From: Acidobacteriota bacterium
Lineage (GTDB): Bacteria > Acidobacteriota > UBA890 > WLXD01
Length of the DNA stretch: 64,000 nucleotides
Assembly: GCA_963666055.2 (NCBI GenBank)
Contig: CAXWPH010000006.1
Location: 192,001 to 256,000 of the forward strand
Direction: 5' to 3'
Shown: positions 21,278 through 31,280 of the stretch, piece after piece
How the letters are laid out: every line of letters starts with the position of its first letter
Position numbering within the stretch: the first letter of the stretch is position 1
The notes under the pieces: model-generated
Told to the model about the DNA's origin: nothing
The model's database searches: none
What the model saw: the letters and a program-made list of their open reading frames with translations, nothing else
Translations under genes and position numbers: made by a program

Positions 21278-21533
21278 CTAAGTATCTCTCTTAAACGAAC
21301 TTAGTAGTTCGTCAAGGTGATCAGGTTTCGCAGCTGCTTGCCCCTCTTTGCGGCTGTTGGTGGTCTCAGAATGCGACTTTTTTGCGACAGGAATTCCATC
21401 TAGGACCATGACTGCCCTGCCAGCATACTCAGGCGAGAGATGGTATCTTGCACTTCGAGGAGCGTGGCTAGAACTGTCTCATTCATCGGGACAGCATGCG
21501 GCCTTTGATTCTTCGTCCTCGGCTTTCGGATTA
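21278..21533 (-). pseudogene. Tyrosine integrase remnant (internally deleted)
   Basis: VIRKPRTKNQRPHAVPMNETVLATL (catalytic-Lys region) joined out of frame to RYHLSPEYAGRAVMVLD (catalytic-Tyr region). Confidence 0.7.
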
Positions 21534-21538
21534 CAGGT

Positions 21539-21637
21539 AGGGGTCTGTGCGCACGGGGAGCCAGTACTTCGTAACTGCAGCAACAGCAACGGATTCCGCG
21601 TGATGATGAACACTTGCCATCGGTCGGACAGAGGATT
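21539..21637 (+). repeat. 99-bp direct repeat, copy 1
   Basis: Matches 23907-24005 with 4 mismatches. Confidence 0.9.
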
Positions 21638-21773
21638 ACCTGGAGAAAACCGCGGATTCGTGCTTACGTGGGGCCTGTTGCGACTGGCCGAAGCCAATCG
21701 CGTGACTGGACAGTGGCTATCTGGGAAATCCCGATTGATGATGAACGACTATGTGCTAGCGACAATCCGTAGC

Positions 21774-23312
21774 ATGCGCACTGGTTCGACGAGTAGGTAT
21801 CTGTTCATCCTCCTACTCCTCTTCTGCTCTCCGGTGCCCGCAAGAGCACAAGATCACCCGAATGTCCTCTACATAGTCGTCGACAACCAGCCGGCCTCGA
21901 TCCTGGGCACCTACGGAAACCCGGATGTGAGGACGCCCCACATCAATCGCCTGGCCGACGAAGGGATGCGCCTTACTCGCGTCTTCGCCGTGCACGGTAT
22001 GTGCTCTCCGACACGTGCAACGCTGCTGACCGGTCTCCTGCCCTCTCAGCACGGCGTCCACGACTGGCTAGACGACGCGAGGATCGACAACTGGCCCGAC
22101 GATTGGAACGCGATCAGAGAATACAGGTCACTGCCGTACACGCTGAAGAATCGTGGATATCAGACGGCATTGATCGGCAAATGGCACCTGGGTCGGCCAC
22201 GTCCGCCCGATGACTGGTTCGACTATTGGGTGACGTTCAACCTGGGCCATACGGTCGACTTCTGGTCGAACGAGATCAACGACAATACGAACATCTACAG
22301 ACTAGAGGACCAGCACAGCGTCGAGTTCTTTACCGACAAGGCAGTTACATACCTGGAGAATCACGACGACGAGAGCCCGTTCTTCCTGCTGGTTACCCTC
22401 AACGGCCCCTACCTGAACCCACCGACGAACCTCGGGCCCGCCAGGAACCGGCACTATGCAAGCTATGCGGACAAGGAGTTCCCTTCGTTTCCTAGAAACA
22501 GGGTCAACGACAGCATCCTCGAGCAGCTGGCGCCACCGTACTCTGGCTGGTACGCCAGCCTGGCGCGCATGAACAACGACCAGGCGTCAATGGCCAACGT
22601 CGCGTCACAGAATACGCTGGTGGACGAAGGCGTCGGTCGTCTGCTGGCAGCGCTCGAGGAGCAGCAACTCGAAGACGACACGTTGGTCGTTTACACGAGT
22701 GATCAGGGCAACTTCTTCGGACAGCACGGCTTCTGGGGCCACACCGACAACACGTTTCCGGCGAGCCTTTACGACACGCCGATGAACGTACCGTTCATTG
22801 CTCGCTACCCAGGCACGATCGAGAGAGGGCAAGTAAGTGATCTGCTCGTGGGCCAATACGATCTCATGCCCACGATGCTGGACCTGGCCGGCTTCGGGGA
22901 TGTTGAGATCGCCAACTCTCCGGGCCGGAGCTTTGCCGACCACTTGAAAGGGAGTGAGCTCACGGCGTGGGCCGACGCCGTGTACATGGATCATGAGGCA
23001 ACTCGTGCAATCAGGACCGATCGTTTTTCGTTTTGGAAACGCCTGGAACGCACGGGCGAGCACGAGCTCTACGACGTCCGTGACGATCCGGAGCAAATGA
23101 ACAATCTCTATGGATCTGCCGAGTACGCAGATGTCGTCTCGGACCTAGACATGAAGCTCACTACGTTCTTCGACACGTTTTCTGATGTCGCATACGACCT
23201 TTGGCGCGGCGGCACCGTAAAGGGGTCGACGGACTGGTCCCGTGCGTTCAAGTCTCTCTACGGCGAACAGTGGGAGGCAGAGGCGAAGATCAAGCCAGCC
23301 TTCAAAGAGTGA
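21774..23312 (+). CDS. Exported formylglycine-dependent sulfatase
   Basis: Signal peptide, PNVLYIVVD, CSPTRATLLTG, GKWHLG, TSDQG, ELYDVRDDPEQMNNL. Confidence 0.92.
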   Translation: MRTGSTSRYLFILLLLFCSPVPARAQDHPNVLYIVVDNQPASILGTYGNPDVRTPHINRLADEGMRLTRVFAVHGMCSPTRATLLTGLLPSQHGVHDWLDDARIDNWPDDWNAIREYRSLPYTLKNRGYQTALIGKWHLGRPRPPDDWFDYWVTFNLGHTVDFWSNEINDNTNIYRLEDQHSVEFFTDKAVTYLENHDDESPFFLLVTLNGPYLNPPTNLGPARNRHYASYADKEFPSFPRNRVNDSILEQLAPPYSGWYASLARMNNDQASMANVASQNTLVDEGVGRLLAALEEQQLEDDTLVVYTSDQGNFFGQHGFWGHTDNTFPASLYDTPMNVPFIARYPGTIERGQVSDLLVGQYDLMPTMLDLAGFGDVEIANSPGRSFADHLKGSELTAWADAVYMDHEATRAIRTDRFSFWKRLERTGEHELYDVRDDPEQMNNLYGSAEYADVVSDLDMKLTTFFDTFSDVAYDLWRGGTVKGSTDWSRAFKSLYGEQWEAEAKIKPAFKE

Positions 23313-23319
23313 CCCCAGC

Positions 23320-23520
23320 GGCACTGTCAAGTTAACTGCTCGACGCTCGGATTTGGGCAAGTTCTGGCCCTGGAGTTGTCCTTCAGGCGGTGACTACCTC
23401 ACTCCAGGTCCCAAAGGCGCGAGTCCGAAGCACCCGGTAGTTCGCCGATCGTAGTCGATGCCGGCCCAGGTTGAAGAGATTCCGGACGGCGCCGTGCACG
23501 GACAGAAACTGCTGGGCACA
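23320..23520 (-). mobile_element. IS6-family remnant (transposase C-terminus + right inverted repeat)
   Basis: AQQFLSVHGAVRNLFNLGRH...YRVLRTRAFGTW..VTA* (stop 23383-23385); terminal GGCACTGTCAAGTT at 23320. Confidence 0.75.
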
Positions 23521-23906
23521 AGGCTGAGCGACCAACCATCCGGCTCGTTCCGACTAAAAGGGGGAGGGAAGACACGGTCCCGAGTGGCCGAAGTGGCTCC
23601 CTAAAAGGGCCGACGGTCGGAATCTTGAGTCCGACCCAACCGGTTGCTGCTCACCGCTGATTCAATGGAGCGAGGGGACACATCCCCACCTGCTCGCGCC
23701 GCTTCCTTCAGCCATTCCGCTTCCCCTTTTTCTTGGGGGGCCGCTTCTTGCGTGGCGGCTTCTTCCGGGCCAGCTCGGTGACGGGCTCGAATGCCATGGC
23801 AGATCCGTTTTAAAAGAGGATTCGGCGGCTCTGATCGTCGCCCCTGTCGGTGCCGGGATGACGGGTACGTCCCGCGAACGATTGCGATAGTGTCTTGAAA
23901 CCCGGC

Positions 23907-24005
23907 AGGGGTCTGTGCGCACGGGGAGCCAGTACTTCGTAACTGCAACAACAGCAACGGATTCCGCGTGGTGATGAACACTCGCCATCGGTCGGACTGA
24001 GGATT
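23907..24005 (+). repeat. 99-bp direct repeat, copy 2
   Basis: Matches 21539-21637. Confidence 0.9.
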
Positions 24006-24008
24006 CCC

Positions 24009-24180
24009 AACCTTGAGGCTCTGTGCATCCGTTGCCACGCGTCGAAGCCCGGCCATGAGGGCCTCATGCACAATCCGGATTACGAGGAATTCAAAAGAAT
24101 GGCCTCAGGGAAAAATGGCGATGAAGAACCTGCGTTTAGGTTCGACTGTCCCGTTTGCGCGCAAAAACTAACGGTGTCGC
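24009..24180 (+). pseudogene. HNH endonuclease C-terminal fragment
   Basis: NLEALCIRCHASKPGH...PDYEEF, then CPVC; starts right after the repeat. Confidence 0.5.
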
Positions 24181-24868
24181 GTGCAAAGAGCGCTAGACCA
24201 GGCACGGGATCGAGCGTATGGCGATCAACACCCATCATTTCGAGCGCCTTCGAATTGACCCAAATACTGTGGCCAATATTGCTGCCCAACCAAACCGGCC
24301 GATCCGGTACGATCGCATCCAGATCTCTCTTGTGAGGCCCTTCCTTGCCGTTGCCGTATAGGTGCACTGGCCAGCAACACATCACGATCCAGGGCAGATC
24401 CGGGTTCGCCTCTGAATACGCCTTCACGGCAGCGAGTATTTCTGTCTTGTTGGTTCTCGGCAGGCTTCCCGAAGGCCCGCTGAAGCGGCCCGTGCCCCCG
24501 GGATGGGTATGGGCATCCACCAGCCCAGGAATAACCAGTTTCCCTTGCAGATCGTGACCGACAGTTTCGCGGCCAACGAACCCCTGTACGCCCGCATCAT
24601 CCCCCACATAGACGAGTTTTCCGCCTTTGATCGCAACGGCCTCGGCCCAGGGTTGGTCGTCGTTCACCGTAAAGATCTTGGCCCCGTGCAAGACGCGGTC
24701 AGCAGGACCGCTGATACCGCCAGCCCCCGGCTGCGATGAAGGCTGACAGGCCAGCACGCTGAGGCTGGTCAACATGACACCCAGCACTCGCGACCACGTC
24801 ATTACGAGCGGATGATGCTGCCCCTTCGTCCGCTTCAGCCCGGCGTCGGTGCGTTCGTTATTGCTCAT
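24176..24868 (-). pseudogene. Amidohydrolase-3 (YtcJ-like) lipoprotein, N-terminal fragment
   Basis: GGAGG RBS, VLAC lipobox, AEAVAIKGGK, PGLVDAHTH, HSIWVNSKAL; homology appears to end at ~24178. Confidence 0.75.
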
Positions 24869-24887
24869 CACGTCCTCCAAGCTCTCT

Positions 24888-25223
24888 CCGCCGCCGGTGG
24901 CGTCGTCATGGCGTGCTACAACTCGATGGTCCCCCAACCACCCGGTTCGAGACCCTTCGAGCGCAACATCCGGCACCAGATGGGTCGGGCGCTTTCGGAT
25001 GCCGGCTTCGATCCGGCCAGCGATATCCGGGCGATCACCGTCAACCGCTGGCCACACGGTTACGCTGGCGCCGGCAACGACCTCTACGATCCGGGACTGG
25101 CCGTACGATCAGGCACCCTGGGTCCGGGGCTGCAAGCGCTTCGGGCGTATCACGACCGCCAACTCCGACGCGGCTGCCGTCTGTCTCACCCAGGCCGCCT
25201 TCGACCAGGGGCACCGGGTTTAG
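24888..25223 (+). pseudogene. FAD oxidoreductase (spermidine dehydrogenase-like) remnant
   Basis: VVMACYNSMVP joined to FERNIR...GFDPASDIRAITVNRWPHGYA, then a frameshift to RFGRITTANSD. Confidence 0.7.
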
Positions 25224-25256
25224 AGGTGGTTACGGCGCCGCTCGCGTGTATTCCGA

Positions 25257-28136
25257 TCAGAAGGAGAGTCGTACCCCGAACCGAAACTGCCGCCCGGGCA
25301 GCAGTGAGGTTGATCGCCGGGGCGACCCGACCGCGGAGCCCCCGGCAACGACGAACGTTCGGTCGATTCGCCCTTCAACGCCGGTCGGGGAGAAGTCGTT
25401 GAGCATGTTGAATCCGTCGACCATCACCTCTAGCCGGCTACTACTCCCCATATCAAAGGACTTCGAGAGCCGCAGATCGAGCTGCTTATGCGAGTCCCAC
25501 GTCCTGCTGCGGACCGGCTCGATGGCCGTAGTGCTGTAGTTGGCGGTGAGCAACTGGGGAATCCCCCTGAGTCCGTGCCTGATCGTGAGGTTCCATGGCC
25601 GACCCGACGCCAGGTTCCAGTACATACCCGCGAGGATGCCTCCAGGCAGCCTGTAGTTGCCCAGCACCTTCCAGCTCCACTTCCTGCTGAAGCCCAACGG
25701 ACCAGACTCGGCGAACGGGTGGCCCCTGAAGTTCGGGTTGTTTGCTGCGTCGAAGCCCCCACCCCAGACGCTGTCGCCGTCGCGATTATTAAACGTTCCC
25801 TTGTGGTTCTGGTAGGCGAGCGAGGTGCTGAAGTTGAGGCCGGAACCCGTTCGCCGTCGGTCCAGCGTCAGCATCACGATGTCGTGCTGCCGCTTATAGA
25901 AGTCGTCGTTGCTGCGGATGGGGGCCCACTCGCCGCTCTCCCTCGAATAGAGCGTTTGTGTCAACCCGGGCACCACGGTTCCGTCCGCTAACGTCGCGTC
26001 GGGGGCGGTGAATTCGAAGGGCGTGTACACATGCTCGATGGTGTTCCTGTGTCGGAACATGTTGCGGTCATCTTTGTGGATGTAGTCGACCCCCGCGACC
26101 CAGTTTCTGGCGAATTCATACTCGAATCCGACGTTCCAGACATCCGTGTGCAGCGACTGCAAGTTTGGGTCGAGCGGAAATATAGCGGCGCTGACACTAG
26201 TCTGGTTTTCGGGTCGGAAAACAGCGTCTTGCAGCGCGAACAACTGCGCGTCGGTCGGATTGAGCGGGTCGTAGTCGGCAGGGAAAAACCCGTCAGGTAT
26301 CACGAAGAAGTACGACGAGTAGGGTTGGTATGGGTCCGAGTACCCGGTGCCGCTAGCGCCAGAGATGAAGCCGACGGTCATCTTTTCGAAGTAGCGCCCC
26401 CAGCTGCTATGCACAACGGCACGGCCATCACCGCTCAGATCGAAGGTTGCACCAAGGCGTGGCGCCAAGTTCCTGAACGTTACCGCCGGACCCTTCCCGG
26501 TTGACTTCCCACCGAGTCTTTCGTAACCGTTCGTGTGGTCATAGCGCAGCCCGAGGTTGAGGGTGAGGTTGTCGCTAGGGGTAACGACATCCTGAATAAA
26601 GGCTGACATGGGTCGGAGTTGGCCCTCGAGGCCAAAGTCGTAGACAGACCCGTATACGTACGAGCCATAGGTAAACAGACCCCCGAGGCCGGTATAACTA
26701 GCAAGCCAGCTGGCCCAGCTGTCCTTGTAGCCGAGGCCGACCTTGACGTCATGCGCGGCGCCCAGGAAGTCGTCGACGTACTGGGTCACCGTTGCCGAGA
26801 CCTCTTTGCGGGCGTTGTCCTCGTCCTCCAGGAAGCCCCGGGTGATCCTCCTCGACCCGTTGTACCAGTAATCGGGTAGCTCGCAGCACACGAACGGGAG
26901 GCGCAAGTAGTCCGCCCTATTGGCTGCGAGGCGGAGATCGGTGAAGGTGTTGTCGCCCAGTTGGGATTGCCAGCTGAACAACAAGGTCGTGCTGCCGTAG
27001 CTACTATCCATGCCGATGTCGACCGGCGAACCTGGTCGCAGGTCCTTATTGGACTCTCTGCCCGGATCATAGTTGATCATGAAACCGAGCGTGTTGGAGT
27101 CGTTGAGCAAGAAATCCAGCCTGCCGTGCAGTGTCCACCTATCGTTACCCTGCTGGGCATCTTCGACGGAGATTCCACCGTCCACCCAGATCTGGTCGGC
27201 GACAACCGACTTGAGCGTTTCTTGACGGGCGGCGCTGGCAAAGAAGAGCGCCTTGTTGCGCACAATCGGGCCACCGATAGTGACGGAAAGGTCGCGGTCG
27301 TAGGAGAACTTTCCGCGCTGCAGATCCACGATGCCGCGCGAGTTGTCGGCTCTCAAATCGCCGTTCTGGAAGTAGAAAGCGCCGGTGCCATGAAACTCGT
27401 TGGTGCCCCCCTTGGTCACAATATTGATCATCGCGCCGGTGAACTCGCTGTACTCGACGCTGGCGCCGATACCGACAATCTGGATCTCGGCGATCGTATC
27501 CACGTTCGGGTTGACCCAGGCGGCACCCCATTCGTTTTCGGTGATGTCAACGCCGTTGAGCCGGTAGCCGTTGGTTGCCGCACCCACCCGATGCACGCTG
27601 GTGCCCTCGGCGTGGTTGCCGCCGGCGCCATAGGCTCCCTTGTCGGCGAAACCAGGGGCGAAGTTCGTCATCTCGGTGAAGTCACGCGCCACCGGAACGT
27701 TTTCCAGCAGATCCGCCGTGTAATTCGTCGCGAGCGATGCCGACGCCACGTCGATCAACGGCGTCTCGGAGATCACAGTGACGGTCTCTGCGACCCCCGC
27801 CAGCTGCAGCTCCGCGATCACGGCTGAGGTTGCGCCGACGCTCACCGGGACGTTGTAGGCCATCGTCTGAAACCCGGTGAGTGCGACCGTCACGATGTAG
27901 CTTCCCGGCCTGAGATTACGAAACCGGAAAACCCCCGCGACGTCGCTTACCTGCGAGAGAGATTCCTGGATGAGGTTGTCTCCCTCGATGGTGGCGGTGG
28001 CGCCGGGCAGCCCCGCACCATCCACGTCCCGAACCTCCCCGGCGATAATTCCGGTCGTCCGCGCGCCCTGCGCCATCAGCTGCGCGGGGAGTATCAGCAC
28101 CATAGCAAGGGTCATGACGGCGAGCGTAGCGCGCAT
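25257..28136 (-). CDS. TonB-dependent receptor, Oar-like, with carboxypeptidase-regulatory domain
   Basis: Signal peptide, GEVRDVDGAGLPGAT, INIVTKGGTNEFHG, LTLNLGLRYD, APRLG, C-terminal GVRLSF. Confidence 0.9.
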   Translation of the reverse strand: MRATLAVMTLAMVLILPAQLMAQGARTTGIIAGEVRDVDGAGLPGATATIEGDNLIQESLSQVSDVAGVFRFRNLRPGSYIVTVALTGFQTMAYNVPVSVGATSAVIAELQLAGVAETVTVISETPLIDVASASLATNYTADLLENVPVARDFTEMTNFAPGFADKGAYGAGGNHAEGTSVHRVGAATNGYRLNGVDITENEWGAAWVNPNVDTIAEIQIVGIGASVEYSEFTGAMINIVTKGGTNEFHGTGAFYFQNGDLRADNSRGIVDLQRGKFSYDRDLSVTIGGPIVRNKALFFASAARQETLKSVVADQIWVDGGISVEDAQQGNDRWTLHGRLDFLLNDSNTLGFMINYDPGRESNKDLRPGSPVDIGMDSSYGSTTLLFSWQSQLGDNTFTDLRLAANRADYLRLPFVCCELPDYWYNGSRRITRGFLEDEDNARKEVSATVTQYVDDFLGAAHDVKVGLGYKDSWASWLASYTGLGGLFTYGSYVYGSVYDFGLEGQLRPMSAFIQDVVTPSDNLTLNLGLRYDHTNGYERLGGKSTGKGPAVTFRNLAPRLGATFDLSGDGRAVVHSSWGRYFEKMTVGFISGASGTGYSDPYQPYSSYFFVIPDGFFPADYDPLNPTDAQLFALQDAVFRPENQTSVSAAIFPLDPNLQSLHTDVWNVGFEYEFARNWVAGVDYIHKDDRNMFRHRNTIEHVYTPFEFTAPDATLADGTVVPGLTQTLYSRESGEWAPIRSNDDFYKRQHDIVMLTLDRRRTGSGLNFSTSLAYQNHKGTFNNRDGDSVWGGGFDAANNPNFRGHPFAESGPLGFSRKWSWKVLGNYRLPGGILAGMYWNLASGRPWNLTIRHGLRGIPQLLTANYSTTAIEPVRSRTWDSHKQLDLRLSKSFDMGSSSRLEVMVDGFNMLNDFSPTGVEGRIDRTFVVAGGSAVGSPRRSTSLLPGRQFRFGVRLSF

Positions 28137-28256
28137 TACACCTCTTCTCCTGGGCAACGCCCGCGCCGTGGGCAACGCCGTCACCCGATGTCAATGGGGA
28201 ATACCGGTTGCACCCATCTCCTTCTTTGCAAGAATCGTGTCTACCTTTGATTTCTT

Positions 28257-28272
28257 TGCAAGAATCGTGCCG
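28257..28272 (-). promoter_or_regulatory. sigma-54 (-24/-12) promoter for the TonB receptor
   Basis: Minus strand reads CGGCACGATTCTTGCA, matching GGCAC-N5-TTGC, about 120 bp upstream of the ATG. Confidence 0.65.
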
Positions 28273-28578
28273 ATGGGCACGATGGTCGGCTCAGCTGGCT
28301 GCCCGCAACCATCCCGCATTAGGTAGGAATCAGCGGGAATTCCAGCGCCGGCCGCGGTGGACGGCGGGGGACCCAAGCAGCGAGATAACTTCTCAACGCA
28401 CCACCCTTGGGGCTGTTTTCGGTACCCATCTGGACACCGTTTGCTCCAACGAATTGGAGAGCGTCTCCACTAATTTGGATTCCCCTGCTTCCTGTGACCC
28501 GAGGCGACCCCAACGTGTGCATGGCTCCTGATCTCAGTGCATCATCGTGGCAAGGTCCCCGATCTGGAGTTGCCACCC

Positions 28579-29000
28579 ATGAAGTACCCGAAACGGAGCC
28601 AGTACAAGTACGCGAAGTCTCGATATCGGATTCGCAATTGGCCTGAGTACGAGGCGGGCCTACAAAGACGAGGCAACGTTACGGTATGGTTTTCCGCCGA
28701 TGCCCTCGACTCCTGGCGGGCTCCACCTAGCGGGAAACCCGGCGGCCAACGCACCTACGCGGACATCGCAATCGAGGCAGCTCTCACCATCCGGTGGCGT
28801 CCATCTCTGCAGATGGTGCCTACGACACCGAGGGGGTCTACGAAGCGGCTCAAGCAAGGGGCGACGGGCGAGCAGTCAGAGTGGTCATTCCACCTGGACG
28901 CAACGCCCGGTTGCGTCCAAGACCGTCGGCTGCATTGAAGGAGAGGAACCGGAACGTTTGCTCCATCAGCAGACTCGGCCGACGCGAGTGGCACACGCGA
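28579..29000 (+). mobile_element. IS5 family (IS903 group) transposase remnant
   Basis: YRIRNWPEYEAGLQRRGNVTVW...GGQRTYADIAIE; after a deletion, ISADGAYDT...VIPPGRNA...GRREW. Confidence 0.85.
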
Positions 29001-31262
29001 TCCGGCTCCGGCAAGACCCGCACCTCGATCGCGCTCGTGGACCTGCTGCAGCGAGCGGGCTGGGTGAAGCGGGCGCTGTTTCTGGCCGACCGGGTATCGC
29101 TGGTGAACCAGGCGGTGGGTGCGTTCAAAGCACACCTGCCGGAGTCCAGCCCGGTGAATCTGGTGACCGAAAGGGATGAGACGGGACGGGTCTACGTTTG
29201 CACCTATCCGACGATGATGGGGCTGATCGACAAGACGAAGGGCAGCGAGGCGCGCTTCAGCGTCGGGCACTTCGACCTGGTTATCATCGACGAGGCGCAC
29301 CGCTCCGTCTACCAGAGGTACGGCGCGATCTTCCGCTACTTCGATTCGCTCCTGGTCGGCCTGACGGCCACGCCCTCGGATCAGGTCGACAGGAATACCT
29401 ACGAGCTGTTCGACCTAGAGCCGGGAGTACCCACCGACGCCTACGAGCTGGAGACCGCTGTGGCGGACGGTTTTCTCGTGCCGCCGCGTGTGCAGCAGGT
29501 GGACCTGAAGTTTCCGCGTGAGGGCATCGACTACGACTCGCTCAGCGACGAGGAGAAGGAGCAGTGGGAGAGCCTCGATTGGGGTGACGACGTTGATCCG
29601 TGGGACCTACCCGACAAGGTCAACGCCGGTGCCATCAACAGCTGGCTGTTCAACAAAGACACGGTCGACAAGGTGCTCCAGCACCTCATGGAGCATGGCC
29701 ACAAGGTCGAGGGCGGTGATCGTCTTGCCAAGACGATCATGTTCGCCCGCAATCACGAGCACGCGAAGTTCATCGAGAATCGGTTCAACTACCACTACCC
29801 GCAGCACAAAGGGCACTTCGCCCGAATCATCGATCACTACGCGACGTATCCGCAGAGCCTGCTCGATGACTTCTCGCAGAAGGGCAAGGTGCCGCACATC
29901 GCCATCTCGGTGGACATGCTCGACACCGGAATCGACATTCCCGAGGTGGCGAACCTGGTGTTCTTCAAGCCGGTCTACTCGAAGATCAAGTTCTGGCAGA
30001 TGATCGGGCGCGGTACGCGCCTGTGCCCGGAGCTGTTCGGGCCGGACGACGACAAGCAAGACTTCCGCGTCTTCGACTTCTGCTTCAACTTCGACTTCTT
30101 CCGGGAGAACCCCGACGGGATCGAGGGCAGAGGCGGCATCCCTCTCGGCACCCGGCTCTTTCGTTCTCGTGTGGATCTGCTGGCGCATGTCCAGGCGACG
30201 CCTGACCTGGACCCGGATACCGCGCTCGCGGGGTCACTGACCACGGAACTGCACGGAGAAGTGGCGGCGATGAACCGCGAGAACTTCATCGTGAGGATGC
30301 ATCTGGAAGCAGTGGATCGCTTCCGTGAGCGCAAGGCTTGGGAGCAACTCAGCGACGCCGACCGTGAAGGGCTGCAAGGTGAGGTCACAGGGCTGCCCAG
30401 CGAGATCGAAACGGATGACATCGAATCGCGGATGTTCGATCTGACAGCTCTGCGCATGCAGCTCGCCCTGGCCGAGGGCGACATGGTCGTGTACGAGAGC
30501 CGCCGGCAGAGAGTGGTGGAGATCGCAATGCTGCTGGAGGAGAAGAGCACGATCCCCGCAGTGAAGGAGCAGCTCGCATACCTGGCCTCCATGCAGGAGA
30601 CCGTTTTCTGGGAGGGGATCGACCTCCAGGGTCTCGAGGAGCTGCGGCTGCATCTACGAGGGCTGGTGCCCTTCCTGGACAGGAAGAAGCGCAAGATCGT
30701 CTACACCGACTTCCAGGACCAAGTCATAGGTGTGCGGGAGGAAGAGGTCGTCTACATGCCGAAGATGACCGGAGCTCAATACGAGAAAAAGGTCAGAGGC
30801 TACCTCCACAACCATCTCGATCACCTCGTGATCCACCGGCTTCGGACCAATCAGCCGCTCACCGCTGCGGACCTGAAGGGGCTGGAAGCGACCCTAGTGG
30901 AGATTGGTGAAGAGGATGGGGAGATGCTCCTCTCCGGATTACTGGCCCGCAGCAAGTCGCCTTCGCTGGCCCACTTCGTTCGCAGCCTTGTTGGCCTTGA
31001 CCGTTCCGCTGCGCAGTCGGCGTTCTCCGAGTTCCTGAACGATCGGAGCCTCACCCCTCCACAGATCCGCTTCGTCGAGATGGTGATCAACCAACTCACC
31101 GCCCGAGGCGTCATGGATGCATCGGCGCTCTATGAGGCGCCCTTCAGTAACCTGCATGCTGGAGGACCCGACGCGCTTTTTGACGGCAAGGAGAATGTGA
31201 TCGAGGGGATCTTCGAGAAGTTGAAGGCAGTCAATTCCGAGGTGATCCAGGAGGTCGGCTGA
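29001..31262 (+). pseudogene. hsdR: Type I restriction subunit R, N-terminally truncated and fused to the IS5 fragment
   Basis: GSGKT, DEAHRS, GLTATP, VDMLDTGID, QMIGRGTRLC, EcoEI-R-like C-terminus; no nuclease domain; no hsdM/hsdS nearby. Confidence 0.85.
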
Positions 31263-31280
31263 GACTCCCAAGACGAATCT

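Noticed and set aside
21540-21577. Tn3-like inverted repeat (GGGGTCTG start)
   Set aside because: Similarity is limited to the first bases, both copies are in direct orientation, and there is no Tn3 transposase.
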